A DNA stretch of 64,000 bases from Eledone cirrhosa (lineage: Eukaryota): positions 221,650,001 to 221,714,000 of the forward strand of contig OZ024743.1 in the NCBI GenBank assembly GCA_964016885.1, read 5' to 3'. The number at the start of each line of letters is the position of its first letter. Positions within the stretch are counted from its first letter, which is position 1. Under the pieces are notes generated by a model that was given only the letters and a program-made list of their open reading frames with translations, searched no databases and had not been told where the DNA came from. Position numbers and translations under genes: made by a program. This document shows, piece by piece, positions 28,786-40,339 of the stretch.

Positions 28786-30167
28786 ATGTGTGTGTGTAAA
28801 TAAATATGTGCAAATACAGTCTAAGTATGTCAAGAGGCAAAAGCTTCAATCAATTGAGACTGTCTTCGTAATTTCAATGCTGAAACACCCTTTAGGGTTG
28901 ATCGGCTAATGCGAAGTAAGCAAATGAAAAACTTCGTACAGCCTAAGGTGATACAATCCTTTTATAAGAATTGAAGACAAAAACGGTGGAAGGATCCTTT
29001 GTTTATATGTGCGTGTGTGTGAGTGAGTATGTGTTCATAGGGGTATGTGTGTATACGTATGTGTACGTACGAATGTTATGGACATTATGCTTTAAACAAA
29101 TAATTCTGGAATAACAATTTCAATTTCTCTCTCCCACCTCCCTCCATATCTCTCCTCCTTTCCCTCTATATTTATATATATATAAATTTATCCTGGGTTC
29201 AATCGGGTGTAACCACAGTAAGTAAAGCACTCAATACAAAAGAGTATAAATATTTAATATAGAAAGGCTTCTACAGGACTAGAACTGTTTCATTCGGGAG
29301 AATCATCAGGGAGCTTACTGATGATTTCTTCCGAATGAAACATATTAAATATATATATATATCCTTCTCTTCCTTATATCTCTCTCTATATATATATCTC
29401 ACTATTTCTTTCGCTATCTGTCTATCTATTTATCTCTCTTTCTGTTTGTAGTCGCAACACTTCCTTAGTGATGACACAATCTCTGCTCCTCTACTAAATC
29501 ACAGCTTTTCACTGTCATAAGCTGATATTACGACTTAAATAGCAACCTTAAAGAATCGCCGTTTTGCTTTAAATATATTTATCTATTTTTAGTGATTTCC
29601 TTACTTTTTATGTTTTCATTTTCTTCCAACTAAGGTGTTTTTTTATATTTATCTATTTTTTCTTCATTTTTTGTGTGTCAGACCACCTACAAGATTACCT
29701 GCCGTCAGTTATTGATCGTTCATAGTATTGTCGATCGGATATCGCATTTTAGATTAGTGAGACTTATTGATTGATTCCTGGTCATATTAACTGTTGCGGC
29801 TGTTGACTACACATGATTTGCTGAGCAGATGTCGATGCAGAAATTGCACGTTCAAGGCGGCATTTCAGTATAATTACTTGCTTGTATGCATATATTTACA
29901 TACATACATGCATACATTTACATTCATACATATTCATACATTTACATAGACACATATATTTACATACATACATACACATACATGCATATATATATTTACA
30001 TACAAACACATACATGAATATATATATTTAAATACATACACATACATACATATAAATACATACATACATACATGCATACCTACATACATACATACATACA
30101 TACATACATACATACATACATACATACATACATACATACATACATACATACATACATAGCGACACAG

Positions 30168-31225
30168 ACCACCTCTACTTGAAACGCAAGCAGGGAGGCA
30201 GAGGGCTAACATCAGTGCAGACAGCATTTGAATGTCACATCTTTTCCCCCCGACAACGTGTACGAACCTCCAAACGTAGGATCCCATCTAATGAGCAAAT
30301 CTATCTTCATGAGACAAATAAGATCATGAGAGTTCGGAAGGAACTCCTTGAAAGATACTCCCTGCATGATAATCAAAAGCTCACATCCAGGGAAATTGCC
30401 CGGCAGTAACGGAGCGAATCCATGGATGAAAAACTGCATGCTTATCAGCAAAAAGTCAAGCATGGATATGTTGCCAGGAAGCTCCAGAGTGAGAGTAATA
30501 TAGATAAGGAAAGTAGTCTATCTTGGACCTACAACCGTTATATTGGTTCCCACTTTGAAGGATATCCTTTTGCAATCCAAGAACAGGAAATCAACACAAA
30601 ATACCTGATTCACAAAAGAGATAGGGATGCAGGCAAAACACCTAGATGCGTCAAAAAATGCAGACTCTGCAGAATTAACATCATAGATGTCCCCCGTGTC
30701 ATAAGCATCTGTCCAAAGATGTCATCGCGGTACTATCTACCTATGAGGCATGATGTAGTGGCCAAAACACTGTACAATGCAATCCATAGAAAAGACAGCC
30801 CCGACAATAAACACATTAAAAGTTAGAGCAATGTGGAAGACATATACATAATATGAAAGAGTGCTGGTCGAATGTTCCAGTCAATAAAATGCAAACATAT
30901 CACACCAGATATAATGATATGGGACAGGAAAAAGAAGGCATGCACAGTAGCTGCCCAGCAGATGCCAATATAATATAAAGATCAGTGTAAAGGAGAATAT
31001 CTATGCAGAACTAATGAGAAATCTGCAGATACTCCACTCTGACTAAACCTTCAGATTTATAGCTTGGGGCACTGAGATATGTTTGTAACTGATTAGTACA
31101 AATCTTGAGAACCTGGGCTTCGCAGAAACAAAAAGAACACGACTACTTAGGAATTACAAGTACAATCCATTAATGGAACAATAAAAATATGTAAAACATT
31201 CCAAAAATTCTGCATCTAATAACTC
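30168..31225 (+). mobile_element. Degenerate 5'-truncated R4/Dong-like LINE
   Basis: LYLKRKQGGRGL, AIQEQEINTK, CRLC, MRHD, PDIMIWDR; several stops and frameshifts. Confidence 0.8.
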
Positions 31226-33485
31226 CATATACACTTGTACAGATACAAGGCATATGTACATACAGACATATAACTCAAAACATACACCTCCAGACATACA
31301 ATAACGTCCATAGCTGCACACACATGCATGCATGCAAACATGCAGACATGCAGACATATCTACCTAGTTGATGTTGTGTAAATTCCAATGAGAGAGTCTT
31401 GTATCTATATTAGAAACCGACTCTCTCTCTCTCTCTCTATTTCTAAAAACATACATACATACAAATCTTGTCTAACAATTCCAACAATCTACCACTGGTG
31501 TTTTATCGACCCCGAAGTCATGAAAATGAGTGTACAGAACGCTGATGACATAGGAAGAAAAAAGGTAAATAATTGCTTTTTCTTTCATGACAAAGATAAG
31601 GGAAAAGTAAAGGAGCCGATCGTCAAATTGAATTAAGGAAACAATGTTTCAGTTGGTCTTTCCATTGTTGTTACTATCTGCTGGTCACAACAGATGGAAG
31701 AGGACAGCTAAATTGAACCCGGAACACATACAACCAGATCAGATATGACAAAGTCTCCTATCCGACTCTTTAGAATTGCGCCAAACCTCGTCTCTGAACT
31801 GGTAATTTATTTATCGACCACTAACGAATAAAACATAAAGTTGACCTCGGTGAGATTTGAACAGCGCGTAGAGAACCGGAAGAAATATTGAGGAATTTAA
31901 TCCGATGCTCTAACGATTCTGCCACAGATAAAAATGGTGCATATTGTCTTTTTTTATCAATTTAGCTTCCTGGTGTAGGGAAGGAGAAGGGTGGAGGAAA
32001 ATGAAAATTAATTTCTTTATGTTAAATATTTTATCGGAATTTTGAAGGATTTGACTTCACCTCCTCCAAGAACTACTGTTGCTACGAAGGTGACCAAACC
32101 ACTCTTACCACTAACGCCACCATCATCATCACTACCACCACCACAAACACCATCACAACTACTACGACCAACATCACCACTACTACTACTGCTACTAGCA
32201 TATTTCATTATTTCATGATTATAGCAATAAATTTGATGACCCCTATCCCTCTAAAAAATGAAATACAACCTGAAATAAAATGAAAACGTAGGAAAGAATT
32301 TTATTTTATTTTATTTTATTTATTTATTTGCAGTTTTTTAATGCCAGGCAATGGGAAATTGGTGAATACCAACAGAAATAATATAATATAAAACAAAATC
32401 ATAAAATATTTCTTTTAATATATAAATAAATAATGAAAGAAAAAATAAAATGAAAGAAAAGTTACAGTAAATTCCCTCCTTGGTGATATGAGAAGTGGGG
32501 AAGGGTTGGGTGGCCTGAGGAATTTGGTGTCAATAGATCCACCGGTATCAAGTTGTCAACGAATAAAATGGATATTGTGTTATACAGCTTTTAGTGGGGG
32601 GGGGGGGGGTCTGAAAGAAAGAGGGAAAGATAGAATGTTTGTGAGAGAGAGAGAATGAAATAGAGAGACAGACTAAGAGTGAGAGAAAGATAAAAACAAA
32701 ATTACTGAGAGAGAGAAAGAGACTAAGAATGAGAGAAAAACTAAAATACTGATAGAGAGAGATAAGAGTGAGAGGAAAATAAAAATACTGAATGTGGGTG
32801 TGTGAGAAAGAGAGAGACACAGAGAGAGAGACTGAGAATGAGTGTGAAATAGAGACAGAGAGATGGGCAGAAAGACAGAGACAAAAGCAGAAAGATTATG
32901 AATGAATGAGAAGGAGAGGGAGAGAAATAGAAAGGCAGAAATATTTAAGGAAAGACAAAGACTGAGATACTGAGAGGAAGACAGAAAGATTGGGAGTATG
33001 AGAGGGGGCGGAGAAGGGTAAAAAGATAGAAAAACTAAGAAAGAGAGAAAAAAAAGACTGTAAAAGAGAGCAAGCGAGAGAGAAAGAAAGAGTAAGAGAG
33101 ATAGTGAGAGAGAGAGAGAGAGGGGAGAGAGAGAGAGAGACGGTTGGTGAAATTTCACATTTATTCGGCGTATTTTTTCTTATGGATCATCATCATCATC
33201 ATCATGAAACATAATTTAAATTTATTGCTAATAAAAGAGAGAGAGTGAGAGAGAAAGAGATAGAGGGAGAGAGAGAATGAGAATAAGAGAGTGTGTGAGA
33301 GAGTGTGTATTTGTGAGTGTACAGGCGATTGTGTATGTATCAATGTAGATACGTTTGTGCGTGTGGAGAAAATGGATTGTTCTGGAGGAAAGCAGATTCT
33401 GTTGCTTTGTTTTCACTCTGACTGGAAATATATTCTTCAAACCTTACACACTCTTACATGCTCACATATTCACACACACACTCAC

Positions 33486-33521
<36 letters not shown>

Positions 33522-33579
33522 GTTACCTCCGATTCAACCCGGAATAACGTATATATATATATTATATATATATATATAC

Positions 33580-33975
33580 TAGCCGAATTACCCGCGTCTC
33601 ACACATTTTTTGGTAAGAAAATGATGATCGATTTTAAATCAGTGATATAATTTATCGAGAAAATCTCTGCATTTCAATATTACTCAATATAAAATGTAAT
33701 GCATGAAAAATTGGAAAACCTTATTGTTTGTAATATATCAAATCAAAATTACATTATTAAATCTTATTCTTATTTTGTTTCTTGTAAATAATTTTTTCAA
33801 AATATCAATTCAAAACTTTAGTGAATATGCATCTTGTCATTTAGCTATGGTTTAAATTTCATATAAATCGAAGGGAAAACATTTTTAGCGGGGGTTTTGT
33901 GCCCCCGAGGAACCCTTTGATTAAAATGAAATATGCTTTTCCAAGCACCCTGGGCAATGTTGTTTCAGAATATAT
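33580..33975 (-). mobile_element. Possible degenerate non-autonomous Helitron
   Basis: ACTAG..TACCCGCGTC left end resembles a reversed Helitron 3' end; hairpin is decayed. Confidence 0.35.
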
Positions 33976-33995
33976 ATGGAATATGTATAAATATA

Positions 33996-34035
<40 letters not shown>

Positions 34036-34037
<2 letters not shown>

Positions 34038-34209
34038 AGTTATTCCGGGTTGAATCGGAGGTAATCACGGTAAGTAAGGTACTCAATACATAGCAGAGTA
34101 TAAAAATTTTAATATAGATGAGATTCTACAGGACTAGAACTGTTTCATTCTTTAGAAATCATATGATTTCTAAAGAATGAAACAGTTCTAGTCCTGTAGA
34201 ATATCATCT
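34036..34209. mobile_element. pLTR family member forming a zero-spacer palindrome (other copies 16256-16372, 29204-29345, 33520-33550, 45308-46175)
   Basis: Palindrome 34116-34209 centred at 34162/34163, inside the hammerhead core; tail 34036-34115. Confidence 0.85.
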
Positions 34210-34237
34210 CTCTCACTCTCTCTCTCTCTCTCTTTCC

Positions 34238-34335
<98 letters not shown>

Positions 34336-34516
34336 AAAGACAGAGAGAGAAAAGGAGACAGAGAGTGAGATACACACATACACATTAATATTCTCGTATA
34401 TTCACATACACAGAGATACATAAACATATTGAAACACACAGTTACTCACATACACCAACATACTCACACGCACACATCTTTCTCTCAATACAACCTTTTA
34501 CCTTTCTCGCAATATC

Positions 34517-34602
<86 letters not shown>

Positions 34603-34743
34603 CTCTCTTTCACACACACATACACAACACGCACATACTCACACACCTTCATTAATTTGCTCTCACATTGTTTTTTTCTCTTCAATCATTTTCCATTTCC
34701 ACATTGGTAATACGAATACATACTCCCACTTTATCTCTACTAC

Positions 34744-34798
<55 letters not shown>

Positions 34799-34923
34799 TA
34801 ATATATGCGGTGTATCACGGAACACCCGGTCTTCATATATATGTGTGTAGAGAGAGGCGGCAGTCTAAGGTAAGTATAGGGGCGTGCTTTGAAAGAAACG
34901 CAGTTTCATATGAAAGGTAAAAC

Positions 34924-34968
34924 CGATTTCTGATGAAGCTTTAACAAACGTTGAAACGAGTTTAATCG
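34924..34968 (+). ncRNA. Minimal hammerhead motif
   Basis: CGATTT-CTGATGA-AGC..GTT-GAAAC-GA-GTT-TAATCG. Confidence 0.6.
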
Positions 34969-35084
34969 ATGTAAGTTTGTTTCTGTCTAAAGAGTGGAAA
35001 ACGTTACGGCAAGGTTACATACGTTTTACAAAATACACATCTTCCTATCCCATCGCTGTGTAGTCATTATATATATGTGGCTAA

Positions 35085-35124
<40 letters not shown>

Positions 35125-35317
35125 CGGCGAGGAGTAGAGAGAGAGAGAAGGAGAGAGAGAAGAGTAGATAGATAGGAGTGAACTCAAACAAAAGAAAATG
35201 GCAATCAACATAATCTAGAAGTTGATAGCATTTATATTAACAGTTTCCCTTGTTTCCGCATTACCAGTGATTTCAAGATATAAATACGCCAGTCCCATAT
35301 TATGACACAAGCATGCC

Positions 35318-35392
<75 letters not shown>

Positions 35393-35394
<2 letters not shown>

Positions 35395-35873
35395 TTTTGA
35401 GTTTATGTTGGTTGTATACCAACACCTCAGTATGCAGGCTGGAGCACTCGACGAAGTGCGCAGGTTGGTTTGGTTACTCCGGAGTAGTGTAAAATAAAGT
35501 TAAATAAAAGTCAAATGATTAAAATTTAGCTTCGTTTATTACTGCTATATATATTTCAGTGACAGCCATCTTTGGCTGTGACCTCTTCAGGCAGTTTGAA
35601 TTAGTATGGTATAGACAAGTACATATGTTGTTTAGGTGTATGATATTGTCAATACTCTGATATGCCCAGTTCCTTGTTGGGTTGTTAATTCACTGGGGAA
35701 CTGGGCATATCAGAGTATTGACAATATCATACACCTAAACAACATATGTACTTGTCTATACCATACTAATTCAAACTGCCTGAAGAGGTCACAGCCAAAG
35801 ATGGCTGTCACTGAAATATATATAGCAGTAATAAACGAAGCTAAATTTTAATCATTTGACTTTTATTTAACTT

Positions 35874-35880
<7 letters not shown>
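35393..35880. mobile_element. Non-coding pLTR fold-back, apparently identical 184-bp arms
   Basis: Arms 35490-35673 and 35697-35880, 23-nt spacer, ~97-nt tail on the left, hammerhead in each arm. Confidence 0.9.
35775..35829 (+). ncRNA. Type I hammerhead (mirror 35541-35595, minus)
   Basis: ACTGC/GCAGT stem I, CTGAAGA, ACAGCC/GGCTGT stem II, GAAA, palindromic ATATATAT stem III. Confidence 0.85.
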
Positions 35881-35904
<24 letters not shown>

Positions 35905-35905
<1 letters not shown>

Positions 35906-36100
35906 GGGAGCAAAGATTGGGAATACGGAAGATGATGTGGTTGAGAGGAAGAGCAAGGCCTGGGCGGCGTGCCACAGCTTGAGATCGGTGTGGAAGTCGG
36001 ACCTTCGTAGAGACCTGAAAGTCCGCCTCTTCATTGCTGTAGTGGAGTCTGTGCTGCTGTATGGGTCTGAGACTTGGACACTGACCAAGAAACTCACTCA
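35905..36100 (+). pseudogene. Internal RTE-like RT thumb fragment
   Basis: RKSKAWAACHSLRSVWKS..RLFIAVVESVLLYGSETWTLTK. Confidence 0.8.
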
Positions 36101-36253
36101 GACGGCTATTTCTGAGATAGAAATAGCCGTCGAAACGGCTTGAGCTCTGCCGTCGGGGTCATACATTTTCCTATTACCCACTCTACTACCCTAAGTATTG
36201 AGTACTCTGGTGCGTTATAGTCCATCTGATTCCTTACCACAACTCCTTCGTTT

Positions 36254-36277
<24 letters not shown>

Positions 36278-36284
<7 letters not shown>

Positions 36285-37224
36285 AGTTAATATGCCCACG
36301 GGTACTAAGTACCCCTGGAAATATATAGGGTGTCTATGATACAGGGTTGTTCAATGGTATTACTTTGACATACCAGAACTATAATATTGAGATAAGCAGA
36401 ACAAGCAAAATTTAACCAATTTTTTTAAATAAATTAAAAAATATAATTTAAATATTTACCTACTCTCAGTCGCTCTTACCGATCGGTTTCCCTTTGCAAA
36501 ACATTATAAATCCATAGGATTTCTAATGGAAAAGCAAAGTTCATCAGAGAAGCATTTTCCTTTCCTAGGGCTAAAGTCCCAGGAACGGCAAAATATATTG
36601 CCATCTGCCAGCTAGCACAAGATCGAGTGAGGTCGAAAAATGACCTGTACATGAACCAGTCCGTAGAAAAGCGGAAGTAAAACATAGACGTGGTGTCTAC
36701 TTTTGGTTAAATTTTGCTTGTTCTGCTTATCTCAATATTATAGTTCTGGTATGTCAAAGTAATACCATTGAACAACCCTGTATCATAGACAACCTATATA
36801 TTTCCAGGGGTACTTAGTACCCGTGGGCATATTAACTTCTTTTAATATTCTCCGTTATGTAGAGAACAAATCTGTTGTTCTATTTAGCTGCTATTTTTAG
36901 TAGTAAAGTAGACACCACGTCTATGTTTTACTTCCGCTTTTCTACGGACTGGTTCATGTACAGGTCATTTTTCGACCTCACTCGATCTTGTGCTAGCTGG
37001 CAGATGGCAATATATTTTGCCGTTCCTGGGACTTTAGCCCTAGGAAAGGAAAATGCTTCTCTGATGAACTTTGCTTTTCCATTAGAAATCCTATGGATTT
37101 ATAATGTTTTGCAAAGGGAAACCGATCGGTAAGAGCAACTGAGAGTAGGTAAATATTTAAATTATATTTTTTAATTTATTTTAAAAAATTGGTTAAATTT
37201 TGCTTGTTCTGCTTATCTCAATAT
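36278..37224. mobile_element. Retrozyme-like 486-nt hammerhead unit: one inverted partial copy joined to a >1-unit tandem copy
   Basis: GGTTAAATTTTGCTTGTTCTGCTTATCTCAATAT at 36705 and 37191; 36278-36703 is the reverse complement of a permuted part of the unit. Confidence 0.85.
37054..37137 (+). ncRNA. Type I hammerhead (mirror ~36471-36554, minus)
   Basis: TGCTTCT/AGAGCA stem I, CTGATGA, CTTTGC/GCAAAG stem II, GAAAC-CGATCG-GTA. Confidence 0.85.
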
Positions 37225-38123
37225 ATATATATATATATATATTTAAGAGCTAACGAGGTATTGTTTAAGGCAATCCAAGTAGAGGTTATAAGTACTCTGT
37301 ATCGATGAGTCGCGACACTCTGCGGATAGCGGTTTTTAGACACACCGGACCAATGAAACATTTGTTAATACTTCGAATAAACCGTACTGTATAGCCGATC
37401 CATGTTATTCTTCACTCTTTAATTTTATATATATATATATAAGCAAAAGGGATATTTAATTTGTTGGTAATTCAACAAATATATATGTTTATAACTGATT
37501 TGAAGCACTCGCCAAGATTTCTGGAGTATAACACTCAATGATATTAAATAAATGGAAACTATATTTATAAAACCATATTTATTCCATCATATATATCTCA
37601 AAGGTACCAAAACCCTGGTACGCACCCATCAGATAAAATACAAAGTTTGTTTTATAAATATTGACATATCCAGGAAGAAGATCTATAAATATAGTTTCCA
37701 TTTATTTAATATCATTGTATCTATATCTATATATATATAACTTGGTGAAGATATCCAAGGTAGCTACTCAAGTCAGTAGAACGAGTTTTACTATAATTAT
37801 TAAGGCCATATTAGGTGCAATATTAGGAATAGTATGCTGCAATAGCATGGATTGGTGCAGATTTAGTCTAGTTAGGTGGCTGATGAGGTCTATAGTTATT
37901 GTTATTTATTATTCGTTTCTTTATATCTCGTGTAAGAAAACTTTGGTTATTTATGTATATAGCTTTATCTATCTATCTCTGCCTCGTTTTCTCTGTTAAT
38001 TTGTCTATCTCTATCTATGTCTACATCACTACATCCCTCTCTGTCTCTTTGCCTGAAACTCTCCCCCAATCAATGTGTTTCTATTAACCTCTTTCTCACA
38101 CTCTCTCTCTCTCGCTCTCTCTA

Positions 38124-38169
<46 letters not shown>

Positions 38170-38170
<1 letters not shown>

Positions 38171-38796
38171 AAAATAACAGATTAAAGTTTAAGCAAAGAA
38201 TCGCTGCTTTCACCTTTTACGGGATCTTCTGAAACTAAAAAAGTCAATCTGTGAACGCAGAAGTAAATATTTCAAAAAACGTTGCAACCGGAGGAAGACA
38301 GGAAGACGATACATTGGTTCGTGGAAACGTTCCCTAGCAAAGAACGGGAAAAAACGGAAAGATAATACGTCATTATTTGGAGCGGTGGAAAACAATTACA
38401 CGCAAAGACAAAACCACGTTTATGGTAGAAAAGAAGACGTAGACTAATATTCTATAGGTGGTTCATGGAGACGTTCTCTGGCAATGACGCTCCAAATAAT
38501 GACGTATTATCTTCGTTTTTTACCCGTTCTTTGCTAGGGAACGTTTCCACGAACCAAAGTATCGTCTTCCTGTCTTCCTCCAGTTGCAACGTTTTTTTAA
38601 ATATTTACTTCTGCGTTCACAGATTGACTTTTTTAGTTTCAGAAGATCCCGTTAAGGGTGAAAGCGGCGATTCTTTGCTTAAACTTTAATCTGTTATTTT
38701 AATAAATATTTGCTCTACGGTTCTTATATATTTGATATATATTTATCCTTAACGAGCCTTCTTTGGATTTTAGTCTTCAAATGTATTATTATTACT
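38170..38796. mobile_element. pLTR fold-back with variant hammerheads (mini two-fragment sister at 60621-60716)
   Basis: Arms ~38170-38384 and ~38488-38701; tail 38702-38796. Confidence 0.85.
38635..38685 (+). ncRNA. Hammerhead with variant core CAGAAGA (mirror 38186-38236)
   Basis: AGTTT/AAACT stem I, CCC/GGG stem II, GAAAGC..GCTT. Confidence 0.65.
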
Positions 38797-38870
38797 ATAT
38801 ATATATATATATATATGACACTCTCTTCCTCCTTGCCTATTTATTTCTATCCATATATATATATACATAC

Positions 38871-38935
<65 letters not shown>

Positions 38936-40339
38936 GATAGAAATAAATAGGCAAGGAGGAAGAGAGTGTCATATATATATATATATATTAATGCGTTGAA
39001 ATATCCGAGATCCCCAGCAGGCAACTAATGAGGAAAACGTCCCCCCCCCCCCCAGTTCTTGCTTTCTTCTTATTCTTATGTTTAAGCCTACCTTAACTAG
39101 CAACTACACAGCCAATCCCCTTCTCCATATATATATATATCACTCCCTGCCTATCTAATTCTCCCTCTCTCTCTGCTTCTCTCTCTATCTATCTATCTAT
39201 ATCTCTATCTCTATCTCTCTCTCTATCTCTATCTATCTATCTCTATCTCTATCCCACTCTTCCTCTCTCTACCTCTGATTCATTCTCGCTGCTTGCTTGT
39301 TACTTATTTAATGGCACCCCTTTTCAGGAGAAAACTAACGTAATGACAAAACACAAGCCTCGATGTAAGGTTATTTTTATCTCCCCACAGCCTTTTGTTA
39401 ATGTTTGCTGAAAAGCAGGAAATTTATCAAGCAAAACTAACATGTCACTTGACAAAATATAAAGACAAGAAACCAACAAATAGGCACACCGTAAAAATAT
39501 TTCAATAAAAATCAACTAATTAATTATAATTATCATTATACTTGTTATAATTATTGTTGTTGTTGTTGTTGTTGTTGTTAGTGGTGGTGGTGGTGGTGGT
39601 GGTGGTGGTGGTCGTCGTCGTCGTTGTGGTAGGGTTTATGGAGGTTTTGGTGGGGGCGGGGTGTCGACATAGGGTTGGTTGTTGTTGTTGTTAGTTAGTG
39701 GTGGTGGTGGTGATAGGGCTGGTTTTTGTTGTGTTGGTGGTGGTGGTGAGGTGGTCGGGTAGTGGGGTTTGGTGGTGGTGAAAGTGTTGGAGGTTGTTGC
39801 TGTTGTTGTGGTGGTGGTGATGATGGTGGGGATATTTGTTAATATTTTCATTATCATCCGAGTTGCTATTACAGGGAAGATAGAAAAGGCACTGTGTATG
39901 TGTGTGTGTATGTCTGTGTGTGTATCTGTATGTATAAACGCTTATATATATATGTATATATACATATATAAATAGGATGATAGGCTGACTATGAAGGAGT
40001 GATACTAAAGTTGTGAAATCTTACATGCATTAATTTCAACTCTTCCAAATAGATGCATTGAAAAATAAACCTCGTTTGGTTATCCCATGATAAGGAACCA
40101 TCTGGAAGAAATCGGTTGTGTTCCAAACTGGATAGTGATGATGATATATGAGCCACAAGAACGCTGACAATTCTGCTGAAAAGCTTAGACGGCATGATAA
40201 AAAAGATACATATATACCAAATTAAGTTTTGAAAAGAAAGCTTTCATTAGATTTTGATTAAAATGTTTGAAGAAAAATATCATAGCTAACCGGAATGTAA
40301 TACTAATATTGCCTGATGAACGATCTTTACGATTAAATA

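Noticed and set aside
36476-37132. Duplicated 69-aa ORF MFYFRFSTDW..
   Set aside because: Overlaps the hammerhead, has no recognisable motif, and the duplication follows from the inversion. Coding cannot be strictly excluded.
37295-37372. Degenerate hammerhead-like sequences (also 3690-3720, 44582-44640, 60987-61020)
   Set aside because: Core or stem I is broken; likely decayed pLTRs, not counted as ribozymes.
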